Shown piece after piece: positions 1 through 9,550 of a DNA stretch of 64,000 nucleotides. Origin of the DNA: Minisyncoccota bacterium. GTDB lineage: Bacteria; Patescibacteriota; Minisyncoccia; Phycocordibacterales; UBA2100. Position numbers and translations under genes: made by a program. A model generated the notes under the pieces. That model was not told the origin of the DNA. It saw nothing but the letters and a program-made list of their open reading frames with translations, and ran no database searches. Positions within the stretch are counted from its first letter, which is position 1. Every line of letters begins with the position of its first letter. The stretch is taken from assembly GCA_965267345.1 (NCBI GenBank), contig OZ253947.1, forward strand, positions 3,648 through 67,647. Reading direction: 5' to 3'.

Positions 1-206
1 GCCGATCGACGCCGATCGGCGAGCGCGCGTTTAATTTCGAATGACGCCATGTCGGTCACATCAATGCGCTCACGCGTTTCAGTGAAGATAAAAGCGGGGT
101 CATCAACCACTTGCTCTGCCGGTTGCGTATTTAAGACATACGAGTAGTAGGCACCCCCGACGATAAGTGCAGCGGCTACGAGAAAGAGAATGCCGAGTGC
201 CACCAT
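1..206 (-). CDS. hypothetical membrane-anchored protein, N-terminal fragment (gene continues past window start)
   Basis: Complement ATG at 204-206 opens a frame that runs off position 1. N-terminus MVALGILFLVAAALIVGGAYYSYVLNTQPAEQVVDDP has one hydrophobic helix. Absent from ORF track because there is no in-window stop. Confidence 0.3.
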   Translation of the reverse strand, partial: MVALGILFLVAAALIVGGAYYSYVLNTQPAEQVVDDPAFIFTETRERIDVTDMASFEIKRALADRRRS

Positions 207-636
207 AACGACCATACGCCACCCTCCGGGTTCTTCCGCGACTGCATTCGGTCGTCCACGATCACTTTCAAGTGCGGTCATGCGCGCAAGTGACATCTTG
301 CGGTTGCGCACGAGGTGTTGCACGTCATCTTTAAAGGTATGCACAACAGCTGCGTTGCGCTTTGTGCGCGGCGCCTTTTGCTGCTGTGGTTGGCGCTGCT
401 TTGTGTTGGCTGCGTCAGCAGCACTTTCGGCATCGGGTGTGGTTGTGCGCGGCGCCGATGGTGCGTAGGCGTCGTCATTTGTTGCCGCGTGCGCATCAGA
501 GCGGAACGTGCGCATCAGAGCGTTGTTGAGTGCACCATGCACAACACCCCCAGATGACGGGGGCGTGTGGTTTGCTGCGTCAGTAGGTTGCTCAGTGCGC
601 GCTGCATCAGCCTCACGCGCATCAGTATCTGTGCGG

Positions 637-2826
637 TTAGTCTCGTTGTTCTCGGGCTGTGTGTTCTCCTTTGGCATGATTGTCTGGTGTCGCTGCGGGG
701 CTCACACCCTTTTTCGCAGCAAACTCAGCATCAACAGCTTTGATTGAGAGGTTGATGCGGTCCTTCTCATCAATTTCCTTGATTATAACAGGAACACGCT
801 CGCCAACAGAGAGCACTTCTTCGACACTCTTGATACGGAACGGTGCAATTTCAGAAATGTGCACCAATCCTTCCGTGTTGGTACCGATTTTCACAAAGGC
901 GCCGAAGTCGAGGATACGGGTGACCTCGCCTTCAAAGCGCTCACCCGCCGTGTACTCGTGCGTGAGCTCGGCAATCATGTCGTGCGCGCGCTGTGGCCCT
1001 TCACCGGTACCGGTAATGTAGACACTTCCGTCGTCTTCGATGGTGATGTCGGTCACGCCCGTTGCATCCTTGATGCCGTTGATGGTTTTGCCGCCCGGAC
1101 CGATCACCAGACCGATCTGGTCTTCTTTGACCGTTAGCGTCATGATTTTCGGTGCACGTGCGTTAATGTCGGCACGCGGCTCACTAATCTCAGTCTCGAT
1201 GACGTCGAGAATTTGCTCGCGCGCCTTTTTGGCTGCCGCGAACGCTTCAACGAGCACCGGTACCGGCACGCCACTTACTTTGACGTCCATTTGGACGGCG
1301 GTAACACCTGCACGCGTGCCGGCAACTTTAAAGTCCATGTCGCCGTGGTGGTCTTCCGGACCCTGAATGTCGGTGAGAATTTTGTAGTCGCCTGCCTCGT
1401 TGCTCATCATGCCCATAGCAATACCGGCGACGGGACGTGTGATCGGAACACCGGCGTCCATCAGGGCGAGCGTCGAACCGCAGACACTTGCCATTGACGT
1501 TGAGCCGTTGCTGGCCATTGACTCAGAAACAATACGGATGGTGTACGGGAAGACATCTTTCGCGGGGAGTACCGGCACCAGTGCCTTCTCGGCGAGTGCC
1601 CCGTGGCCAATCATGCGACGGTTGAATCCGCCAACGCGTCCTGTTTCGCCAACCGAGAATGGCGGGAAGTTGTAGTGGTGCATGAAGCGCTTCTGGGTGT
1701 CCTGCGATTCAATGGTATCGAGTAACTGCGCATCGTCAGGACCACCGAGGGTGAGCGCCGAGAGCACGTGCGTGCCGCCGCGGTAGAAGACACCAACACC
1801 GTGGAGCATCGGTGAGATACCACCTGCCTGTGCAAAGAGCGGACGAATCTGGTCGAAGGCGCGGCCATCGGCACGGCGATTGTTGTTCAGTGCTTCTTCG
1901 TGTAGGTATGCATCAAGACGCTCATCGAAGTAGTCGTTTGCCTGTGCGAGATGTGCACTTTCAAGCGTTTCCGCAACGTGGGCCACCCACTCTTTTTGTA
2001 GTGCCCCGATGCGCTTTTTGCCGAGTGTACCGTCAGATTCACCAAAGACTGCCTCTTCGAGTTTCGGAATCACGAATGATTCGTACGCGTCAACGAGTTC
2101 TTGCGCTACTGCAGCAGGAGTGTACGCCTCTTTTTCTTTTCCGACTTCAGCAATAATCTGTGCCTGCCACTGCTGGATGCGTTCCATTTCAGCAACGGCA
2201 CGCTCAAGGCCCTGCTGGAGGACCTCCTCCCCTGCTTCATTGGCGCCCACTTCAATCATGTTGACGTTGCCGTCTTTGCCGCAGGCAAGCAGGTCGAGTG
2301 TTTGCTGCTCGGCAATACGTTGTGAGTAGATCGGGTTAATGATGAAGTCGTCGTTTTCATTGACTCGCCCAAGGCGTACCGCTGAGACAGGGCCACCCCA
2401 TGGAATGTTTGAGGTGCCCAGTGCAAGTGAAGCACCGATCACACCGAGTACATCGGCGTCGTCCTCATCAATTGACAAAACGGTAATGATGACTTGGACG
2501 TCGCGGCGCATGCTCTGATCGAAGAGTGGCCGAATGGTGCGGTCAACCACGCGCGCTGAGAGCACCGCCTCTTCACTCGGCCGTCCTTCACGACGTTGGA
2601 AACGGCTGCCGAGGATGGCACCGGCTGCATAGTGCTTTTCTTCGTACTCTACCGAGAGCGGAAAGTAATTCATGCCCTCGCGCTCGGCGCCCATCGTCGC
2701 GGTCGCGAGGATGGTGGTGTTGCCGTAGCGAACAATGACTGAACCATTTGCCTGATCAGCGAGATTCGTAAATTGAGCGGTGAGCGTTTTACCCCCGACC
2801 TCAATTGTGTATTCATTAATATCCAT
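637..2826 (-). CDS. pnp: polynucleotide phosphorylase (PNPase)
   Basis: 729-aa ORF with two RNase PH-like halves followed by KH and S1 domains; N-terminus MDINEYTIEVGGKTLT; C-terminal GxxG KH motif and S1 fold. Confidence 0.93.
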   Translation of the reverse strand: MDINEYTIEVGGKTLTAQFTNLADQANGSVIVRYGNTTILATATMGAEREGMNYFPLSVEYEEKHYAAGAILGSRFQRREGRPSEEAVLSARVVDRTIRPLFDQSMRRDVQVIITVLSIDEDDADVLGVIGASLALGTSNIPWGGPVSAVRLGRVNENDDFIINPIYSQRIAEQQTLDLLACGKDGNVNMIEVGANEAGEEVLQQGLERAVAEMERIQQWQAQIIAEVGKEKEAYTPAAVAQELVDAYESFVIPKLEEAVFGESDGTLGKKRIGALQKEWVAHVAETLESAHLAQANDYFDERLDAYLHEEALNNNRRADGRAFDQIRPLFAQAGGISPMLHGVGVFYRGGTHVLSALTLGGPDDAQLLDTIESQDTQKRFMHHYNFPPFSVGETGRVGGFNRRMIGHGALAEKALVPVLPAKDVFPYTIRIVSESMASNGSTSMASVCGSTLALMDAGVPITRPVAGIAMGMMSNEAGDYKILTDIQGPEDHHGDMDFKVAGTRAGVTAVQMDVKVSGVPVPVLVEAFAAAKKAREQILDVIETEISEPRADINARAPKIMTLTVKEDQIGLVIGPGGKTINGIKDATGVTDITIEDDGSVYITGTGEGPQRAHDMIAELTHEYTAGERFEGEVTRILDFGAFVKIGTNTEGLVHISEIAPFRIKSVEEVLSVGERVPVIIKEIDEKDRINLSIKAVDAEFAAKKGVSPAATPDNHAKGEHTAREQRD

Positions 2827-3037
2827 ATGTGTACTGTGGAGTGATGTGCGGGTAACAGCATTGAAAACTCAACACTGGCTATCCGAACACCACCCGCGTG
2901 TTACTTGAGTAATGTCTCAGCACTGTAGCAAATGCGCATCGCATTTTAAAGGCAGCACTGTATGCACAGGCATATGCTGCTCTTGGGTGCATGCCTAAGG
3001 TACTATGATCTGTATGCAGACACTCTCGAATACACGC

Positions 3038-4933
3038 ATGGGCGATAAGCACGTATGGTTGCGCGCGGGCCTTGTTCTAGGGGCGACAGCTTTACTCACA
3101 TTTGCTTTCGCGGCGCCCTACGGCGTTGAAGCATCTGGTGGCGGTGACATACTGTTGCCGGACGGAATCTTTGATCCACCGCCTGCAGTACTTGATGATG
3201 TGGACAGTAGCTGGAGTAGCGTGTCCGACCAAGGAAGCGAAGTGCTCTGGACCAAATACGATGATGTTGACTTGTGTGGACCAGGAGCGTGGTATGCATG
3301 CGCAATTCGCCTTGTACAACCACAGGCAACCATCCGGTATGCAGTACAGGCGAAAAATATCGACACTGATACCGTATACCCATACGGTTCAGCCATTTCT
3401 ATCAACGAAGGCGAGTCGATACAACTTCGATTCGTTCCACATGCACCGAGCGATATCAACTGGTTTGGTACAGGCAGCACTTTTGATACACCGTATGGAG
3501 AATGGGTTGATGGTGCGACCGCTGATTCGGTGCAATGCAACACCAAAGACTTCGTGCAGCAACACTACCAAGATCCATATACGTACAATGTATTCGCGCG
3601 ATTGCTTGTTGATCCACCAACAAAAACATTTACCCCAGCCGACAACCTCTCGTGTACTGATACCGGTGATGGACTTACATACAACTGTATTGCTAATAGT
3701 CAAGGCACGAGCACAGCCACCTTTGATTTCGGACAAACAAATGGCAATTTTTTTGCATCGTATCAGTATCTTAGCAGTGATACCGGAAGCATTCCTGAAT
3801 GGGCGCGAGGAGGTGTGTGTGCTGGACAGGTAGACGCAATGCAAAATAACAACGGCTTTTATAATCCGGTGAATGTTTCGTTCTATTCGTTTAATGGAGA
3901 GAAAATAGTACATCCTAACGACCCCCGCACCCCATACACCCTCACCATCCCTGCCCAATCCCGCCAATACACCATTGTCGTCGGCGAAGCTGAGGAAGAC
4001 GACAGCCCGGGCTCACCAAGCGTCAACCCTGTCACCGTCAACGGTGACCCAACCGCCTGCACCACCAACGCCCCCTACACAGTAGAGGTCACCGCCACCG
4101 ACCCCCAGTCAGACGACATCCGCTACCTCATCGACTGGGACGCTGACGACACAGTCAACGCCTACGCACCAAGCTCTGGCTACACCACCAGCGGCACCAC
4201 CCAAACAGCATCACGCACCTTCACCACTGAAGGTGAGCGTAGCGTGAAGGTCCGTGCCCAAGACGAACATGGCAACCTCTCTGACTGGTCAGAGACCTTC
4301 ACCTTCACCTGTACGGATGACACCCCACCGTACACCCCAACCGTCACCACCGCTTCAGGCTCACAGTGTACCCCTGACACAGCTCAAGACGTCACCGTCA
4401 GTGCCGACCACGCCTCAGACAAGGAGGTATACTACCAACTCGACTGGGACCGTGACGGCGCAACCGACACCCGACTCCCTGCCACCGGCACTGTTGCTGC
4501 AGGGACAGAGCTCACCACCACCCACACCTTCACCAGTGGTGACTACGCCTTCAGAGCTCGTGCCGTTGATGAAGACGACATTGCCTCAAACTGGACCACC
4601 ATCACCGGTACCTGTGGCGTCACCCAAGAGGAGTGCCCCATCTGTGCAGCAGGCAGCCCTGACGTCTCCCTTTCAGCACAACCATCCCTCGTGGCCCAAG
4701 ACGCCAGCACCACCCTCAGTTGGGACATTGCAGGTATCGACACCCTCCAGACCTGTTCCATCACCGGCACCAACGGTGACAGCGTATCGTGGGACACCAT
4801 CAGCTCACAGTCCTCCTACACCACACCAAGCATCACCATCCAAACCACCTACACCCTCTCGTGTACCTACACCGACCAAACCCTGACTGACACCGCCCTC
4901 ATCTTCTTGGTGCCTGATTGGCAGGAGTTTTAG
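3038..4933 (+). CDS. secreted Thr/Asp-rich repeat protein with tandem PKD/cadherin-like beta-sandwich repeats
   Basis: Start moved to Met at 3038, giving signal-peptide-like N-terminus MGDKHVWLRAGLVLGATALLTFAFAAP. Two ~65-aa tandem repeats (YLIDWDADDTVNAY...SDWSETFTFTC and YYQLDWDRDGATDT...SNWTTITGTC) plus a Cys-containing C-terminal domain. Confidence 0.65.
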   Translation: MGDKHVWLRAGLVLGATALLTFAFAAPYGVEASGGGDILLPDGIFDPPPAVLDDVDSSWSSVSDQGSEVLWTKYDDVDLCGPGAWYACAIRLVQPQATIRYAVQAKNIDTDTVYPYGSAISINEGESIQLRFVPHAPSDINWFGTGSTFDTPYGEWVDGATADSVQCNTKDFVQQHYQDPYTYNVFARLLVDPPTKTFTPADNLSCTDTGDGLTYNCIANSQGTSTATFDFGQTNGNFFASYQYLSSDTGSIPEWARGGVCAGQVDAMQNNNGFYNPVNVSFYSFNGEKIVHPNDPRTPYTLTIPAQSRQYTIVVGEAEEDDSPGSPSVNPVTVNGDPTACTTNAPYTVEVTATDPQSDDIRYLIDWDADDTVNAYAPSSGYTTSGTTQTASRTFTTEGERSVKVRAQDEHGNLSDWSETFTFTCTDDTPPYTPTVTTASGSQCTPDTAQDVTVSADHASDKEVYYQLDWDRDGATDTRLPATGTVAAGTELTTTHTFTSGDYAFRARAVDEDDIASNWTTITGTCGVTQEECPICAAGSPDVSLSAQPSLVAQDASTTLSWDIAGIDTLQTCSITGTNGDSVSWDTISSQSSYTTPSITIQTTYTLSCTYTDQTLTDTALIFLVPDWQEF

Positions 4934-4998
4934 AGTGCTCTATTGTGAACCACAACACTCCCTGTGTACGCAGGGAGTTTTTGATAGACTTACGACAT

Positions 4999-5583
4999 AT
5001 GCAGCAGGTGGTACACATTCACGGCGGTGAGCCGTTTACCAACAAAAAAGAATTTTTTGCCTACTGGCAAAAGCAGTCAGTTGACGATCCCTTCGTGGCG
5101 AAAGAAGAACAGCGCTGGCGTCGGTGGCTTGCCGGTGAACTCGAGGGCACGTTTGCCTACGCAGCACTGCGTATGCCGTGCAAAATGAACGCGCAGCACG
5201 ATGCGTGGAAGATGTGGTTTGAGAAGCACATCCCTTTCTTTAAGGACGACATCATCCTCATCGGCCACTCGCTTGGCGGAAATTTTCTTGCCAAGTATTT
5301 GTCCGAGCATACGCTCCCCGTCCGTATTGCGCAGCTCCACATTGTCGCGTCTCCGTTTGGCGTTGCAACGTTTACGCTTCCCGATTCTCTTGAAGGAGTC
5401 AAAGCGCAGTGCCCCGCCATTACGCTCTACTACTCAAAAGACGACACGGTGGTGCCATTTGCCGAATCAGAGAAATACCAAAACGCCCTGCCGGAGGCAG
5501 AGCGTGTGGTGTTTGCTGATCGCAATCACTTTGAGCAACCCACGTTTCCCGAGTTGCGTGATCGTCTCTTAGCTACTCGCTAA
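4999..5583 (+). CDS. alpha/beta-fold serine hydrolase (YdeN/RBBP9-like, DUF1234-type)
   Basis: GHSLGG nucleophile-elbow motif (IGHSLGGNF). The ORF-track start at 4918 overlaps the upstream gene, so the internal Met at 4999 (MQQVVHIHGG) is the likely start. Confidence 0.65.
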   Translation: MQQVVHIHGGEPFTNKKEFFAYWQKQSVDDPFVAKEEQRWRRWLAGELEGTFAYAALRMPCKMNAQHDAWKMWFEKHIPFFKDDIILIGHSLGGNFLAKYLSEHTLPVRIAQLHIVASPFGVATFTLPDSLEGVKAQCPAITLYYSKDDTVVPFAESEKYQNALPEAERVVFADRNHFEQPTFPELRDRLLATR

Positions 5584-6112
5584 TACCCGGAATTTTCCAA
5601 CCGCGGTATGAGATGAGGTACTTTTTTGGATCTTCATCCATGTCGGTGAAGTCGTCACATGCCTCGCGCAAGCGCTGCGAGCTGGACTTACCGAATGAAA
5701 TGACCTCAACCTGACACCCCTCGTGGAGCTGCAGGTAGTCGACGAGCGGGACAAAGTCACCGTCGCCGGTGGCGAGGATCACTGCATCGAGCTTTGGCGC
5801 CATGGTAACGGCGTCAATTGCCATACCAACGTCCCAGTCGGCCTTTTTAGCACCGCCGAAGAAAATCTGCAGATCTTTCGTGCGAATTTCAATGCCGAGC
5901 TTATGCATTGCTTCGAAGAAGCCCTGCTCTTCCCCGCTTTCGGTCGTCACCACGTACGCGCGCGCGCGCACCAGTTCGCGACCGGCAACGGATTCTTTCA
6001 AGACGTTGCCAAAGTTGACCTTTGCTTTATAGAGATTTTTTGCACTGTGGTAGAGGTTTTGCGTGTCGATGAAAACACCAACGCGCTGCTCTTTATGTTT
6101 GATAACAGCCAT
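5573..6112 (-). CDS. NYN/LabA-like domain protein (putative RNase)
   Basis: VGVFIDTQNL and ILATGDGDFVPLV motifs typical of the LabA/NYN PIN-like fold; 179 aa. Confidence 0.7.
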   Translation of the reverse strand: MAVIKHKEQRVGVFIDTQNLYHSAKNLYKAKVNFGNVLKESVAGRELVRARAYVVTTESGEEQGFFEAMHKLGIEIRTKDLQIFFGGAKKADWDVGMAIDAVTMAPKLDAVILATGDGDFVPLVDYLQLHEGCQVEVISFGKSSSQRLREACDDFTDMDEDPKKYLISYRGWKIPGISE

Positions 6113-6196
6113 CGTATGCGAAAAATGAATGGGTGCGATGCACCCGCGTATAAAAAATCGACCCTTGTGTCATCATACCCCTGCGCTCGCCTCCAC

Positions 6197-6223
6197 GCAA
6201 AAACGCGCATAGTGCGCGTTTCT
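6197..6223 (-). terminator. rho-independent terminator downstream of rpsO
   Basis: On the minus strand, AAACGCGCA-ctat-TGCGCGTTT followed by a T-run, located 3' of rpsO. Confidence 0.5.
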
Positions 6224-6253
6224 GTGTGAAGTTTTTGAGGAGTAAATAGGTTC

Positions 6254-6520
6254 TTACTTCTTCAAACCGAGCTCTTTCACAACTTTTGCGTACGCCTTTT
6301 TGTCTGTACCCTCAAGATACTTCAGGTGCGTACGGCGATCGGCAACCATCTGCAGAAGACCGCGACGTGAGTGATTGTCTTTACGGTTCTTCTTGAGGTG
6401 TGCTGAAAGTTGTTCGATACGCTTGCTCAAGATAGCCACCTGCGCTTCCGCCGATCCGGTATCACCGTCGTGGCGCTGTGTTTTCTTGAGTGCGTTGGTC
6501 TTTTGTCGTTTGGTAAGCAT
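6254..6520 (-). CDS. rpsO: 30S ribosomal protein S15
   Basis: MLTKRQKTNALKKTQRHDGDTGSAEAQVAILSKRIEQLSAHLKKNRKDNHSRRGLLQMV matches S15; start placed at the internal Met of the 117-aa ORF. Confidence 0.88.
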   Translation of the reverse strand: MLTKRQKTNALKKTQRHDGDTGSAEAQVAILSKRIEQLSAHLKKNRKDNHSRRGLLQMVADRRTHLKYLEGTDKKAYAKVVKELGLKK

Positions 6521-6698
6521 ATAACACAAAAAACGCGCCCAAGTGCCCCGTATAGACAAGGCATCTAGGCACGGCGGTACTATAGCATACGGCGGCCGTG
6601 TTGACAAGTGCTGTGCACCGTGATGCGGTTCCCTGCCCAGTGCGCAGTAGACAGCGAGCGAGTGGGTGATTCTGCGCGATCACGGTACACTGATTGGT

Positions 6699-7655
6699 AT
6701 GGCGGCATCAGAACTTGAGCAACACAAGCAGTCATTTCTCGAATATTTGGAGATTGAGCGCGGACGGGCGGTAAAAACCGTCGAAAACTACGATCGATAC
6801 CTCGCACGCTTTTTTGAACAGGCGCAGGTGAAACGCCCGAAAGACATCACTGAGGCAAAAGTACGTGAATTTCGCATGTGGCTCAATCGACAACCTGTCC
6901 GTTCAGGGGCGGGCGATGGCGGCACTCTGAAGCGACGCACGCAGAACTACTACCTCATTGCCCTGCGGGCGTTTCTCAAATTTCTGCGCAAGCGGGGCAT
7001 CACGAGTCTCTCGCCTGAGCGTATTGAACTAGCGAAAGTGCCACAGCGCGACATCGATCTCATATCACATGCTGAGCTCGTGCGGCTGCTTGCCGCACCG
7101 CGCAGCGCATACGCGCAGGCTGAGACTAAAGCCGACCAGCTTCGCTTCTTGCGTGATGACGCAATACTGCAACTGCTCTTTTCGACAGGGCTGCGCGTCT
7201 CCGAGCTTGTGGCGCTGAATGCGGACATTGATTTGTCAAAAGATGAAATGTCGGTGCGCGGTAAGGGCGACAAGGTGCGCGTGGTGTTTTTCTCAAGCGA
7301 TGCAAAAAAGGCGGCACAGCAGTACTTGCAGGCGCGTACTGACCTTGAAGAACCGCTTTTCATCAATATGGGCCGCAATGCAACGCAGACGAATGATGCG
7401 CGTTTAACGAGCCGCAGCATTGAGCGCATTGTAAAGCAGCACGCAACGCGCGCCGGTATTACAAAAAAAGTAACACCGCACATTGTGCGTCACAGCTTTG
7501 CGACCGACCTCCTGCAAAATGGTGCCGATATCCGCAGCGTACAGGCGCTGTTGGGGCACGCGAACATTGCGACAACGCAGGTGTATACACACGTTACGGA
7601 TGCGCACCTGCGCAACATTCATAAGTCATTCCATAATAAAAAGCGACAGCGCTAG
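6699..7655 (+). CDS. tyrosine site-specific recombinase, XerC/XerD family
   Basis: C-terminal catalytic motifs HIVRHSFATDLLQNGADIRSVQALLGHANIATTQVYTHV (R..H..R..Y). The N-terminal SAM-like domain with YLEIERGRAVKTVENY is typical of Xer. Confidence 0.8.
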   Translation: MAASELEQHKQSFLEYLEIERGRAVKTVENYDRYLARFFEQAQVKRPKDITEAKVREFRMWLNRQPVRSGAGDGGTLKRRTQNYYLIALRAFLKFLRKRGITSLSPERIELAKVPQRDIDLISHAELVRLLAAPRSAYAQAETKADQLRFLRDDAILQLLFSTGLRVSELVALNADIDLSKDEMSVRGKGDKVRVVFFSSDAKKAAQQYLQARTDLEEPLFINMGRNATQTNDARLTSRSIERIVKQHATRAGITKKVTPHIVRHSFATDLLQNGADIRSVQALLGHANIATTQVYTHVTDAHLRNIHKSFHNKKRQR

Positions 7656-7672
7656 TGTGCTAGCATACAGCT

Positions 7673-8446
7673 ATGCGAATTGTCTCATGGAATGTAAATG
7701 GACTCCGCGCAGTGCACCGCAATGGGTACTGGCAGTCATTTCTCACGCTTAACCCCGATATTATCTGCCTGCAGGAAATAAAAGCTGAAGAAGACCAGCT
7801 CCCCGAGGAAATGCGTGCACCGGACGGGTTTCACGCGTATTTCAACCCATCGCGCGTGAAAAAAGGCTACAGTGGTGTTGCCGTATACACCGCACACGAG
7901 CCCAACACCGTGGAACACGGCATGGGCGTCGAGGCATTTGATGGTGAGGGCAGGTTACTGACGCTGCATTTTGATACGTGGGCACTGTGTAACGTGTATT
8001 TCCCCAACGGCGGCATGGGGCCTGAGCGCCTGAAATTCAAAATGGACTTTTATGATGCGTTTTTGGAATACATTGAAGGTATTCGCGCGACGGGGCGCGA
8101 GGTTATCTTTTGCGGTGATGTGAACACCGCACATGAGGCGATCGACCTTGCGCGACCGGAGGCAAATGAAGCCAATACTGGCTTCCTGCCCGAAGAACGT
8201 GCGTGGATCGACGAAGTGGTACGTCTTGGCTATGTCGACACGTTTCGCACACTCCACCCGCGTGAAACCGCCTATTCATATTGGGATCTTAAGACGCGCG
8301 CCCGTGAGCGCAATGTCGGGTGGCGTATCGACTATATGTTTGTCAGCAGTGCGTTGATGCCGCGTGTAACAGCAGCACAGATACACACTGACGTATACGG
8401 CTCCGACCACTGCCCTATTTCCCTCGATGCAGACCTTGATTTCTAA
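7673..8446 (+). CDS. xthA: exodeoxyribonuclease III
   Basis: MRIVSWNVNGLRA...QEIK...GDVNTAHEAIDL...SDHCPISLD are hallmark ExoIII/APE motifs. Confidence 0.9.
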   Translation: MRIVSWNVNGLRAVHRNGYWQSFLTLNPDIICLQEIKAEEDQLPEEMRAPDGFHAYFNPSRVKKGYSGVAVYTAHEPNTVEHGMGVEAFDGEGRLLTLHFDTWALCNVYFPNGGMGPERLKFKMDFYDAFLEYIEGIRATGREVIFCGDVNTAHEAIDLARPEANEANTGFLPEERAWIDEVVRLGYVDTFRTLHPRETAYSYWDLKTRARERNVGWRIDYMFVSSALMPRVTAAQIHTDVYGSDHCPISLDADLDF

Positions 8447-8525
8447 AGGACATTTCTAAAGGACATTATCCCCAATGAAATGTCCTTTACATGTCCTTTA
8501 GAGAGCATATAATGTCCGTTAGAGT
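8441..8525. repeat. compound palindromic element built from ATGTCC(T/G)TTA / TAAAGGACAT units
   Basis: tctaaaggacat (direct x2) ... aatgtcctttacatgtcctttaga ... aatgtccgttag. Same motif family as 12034-12086 and 13478-13531. Confidence 0.6.
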
Positions 8526-8763
8526 TGTTCCTTATTGTTCTTTGCAGTTCTTTCACAGCGTGTCTCGTACGACACACAACCACATTAGAGTCATACACAC
8601 ACAGCTCCTAATTCCTGCGCACGTATGCGCGCACAGTGAGAAGCCCTCTTCTCATGGTAAGTACGAGAACCGCACACGACAGAAACCGTCTCTGGGAGGT
8701 ATCGAGGTCTCGCCAAAATAAAAACGGCCGGACTTGCAAGTTATAACGCGTATCACCCTATCG

Positions 8764-8790
8764 AAACCGCCTTTGGGCGGTTTTTGTCGT
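8764..8790 (+). terminator. hairpin plus T-run (AAACCGCC-tttg-GGCGGTTTTTG) ending a gene-free ~270 bp stretch
   Basis: Perfect 8-bp G/C stem followed by TTTTTG, about 25 bp upstream of the next CDS. Confidence 0.45.
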
Positions 8791-8815
8791 TGTGCGGTCG
8801 TGGTAGGATTTTGTC

Positions 8816-9550
8816 ATGAAAAAGTTTTTGATACTCCAATTGCGTCCGGAAGATGTTGCTGCCGACAATGAGCTGGAAGCATTCCTCATGTTCGGGAAAA
8901 TCGGACGCGATGAATATGAACGCGTTCGCATGGAGCGCGACGGTATCCCCGACGTCGCACTTGATGACTACGCAGCAGTCATTGTTGGCGGCGGCCCAAG
9001 CAATGTGAGTGATGCGAATGAGGAAAAGAGCGACGCACAGAAACACTTTGAGCACCAGCTACGCCCGCTGCTCGATGTAATTATCGCTCGCGACATGCCG
9101 TTCCTCGGTGCATGCTATGGTATCGGCGCACTCGGCGCGCACTTGGGTGCGCGGGTCTCGAAAGAGCGGTACGGTGAGCCGGTGGGGGCAACACACCTGA
9201 CGCTCACCGAAGAGGGAAAGAATGATCCGCTCTTGCGCGGTCTGCCGGAGGCATTTGACGCATTTTGTGGACACAAGGAAGCGTGTCAGGAGGTGCCTGA
9301 AAATGCGACGCTGCTGGTCACGTCAGCGGCATGTCCCGTGCAAATGATTCGCTACGGCGAGCATGTGTATGCAACGCAGTTCCACCCCGAGCTCGACACT
9401 CGCGGCATCATCACACGCATTAACGTATACAAACACGCCGGCTACTTCCCGCCCGAAGATGCAGAGACACTCATTGCGCAGGTGCAAAATAAGCAGGTGG
9501 AGGTACCACAGCTCATTCTCGAGCGATTTGTCGCACGCTACCGACAGTAG
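8816..9550 (+). CDS. class I glutamine amidotransferase-like protein (stand-alone GATase1 domain)
   Basis: FLGACYGIGALGAHLG supplies the catalytic Cys. The C-terminal QFHPE supplies the His/Glu of the triad. Confidence 0.65.
   Translation: MKKFLILQLRPEDVAADNELEAFLMFGKIGRDEYERVRMERDGIPDVALDDYAAVIVGGGPSNVSDANEEKSDAQKHFEHQLRPLLDVIIARDMPFLGACYGIGALGAHLGARVSKERYGEPVGATHLTLTEEGKNDPLLRGLPEAFDAFCGHKEACQEVPENATLLVTSAACPVQMIRYGEHVYATQFHPELDTRGIITRINVYKHAGYFPPEDAETLIAQVQNKQVEVPQLILERFVARYRQ

Noticed and set aside
190-1021. Several 72-113 aa ORFs in the first kilobase on both strands
   Set aside because: They overlap pnp or each other in a GC-rich region; none has homology signals or RBS context; typical spurious high-GC ORFs.
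4254-4886. 210-aa Pro/Ser/Thr-rich ORF on the plus strand
   Set aside because: Alternate frame of the Thr-rich repeat protein (3038-4933). The composition is the frame-shifted echo of ACC/ACN codon runs.
6113-6253. rpsO is not immediately upstream of pnp (classic rpsO-pnp operon broken)
   Set aside because: Real but unremarkable. The intervening genes (a secreted protein gene, a hydrolase gene and an NYN-domain gene) are plausibly lineage-specific; not a distinct finding beyond synteny noted elsewhere.
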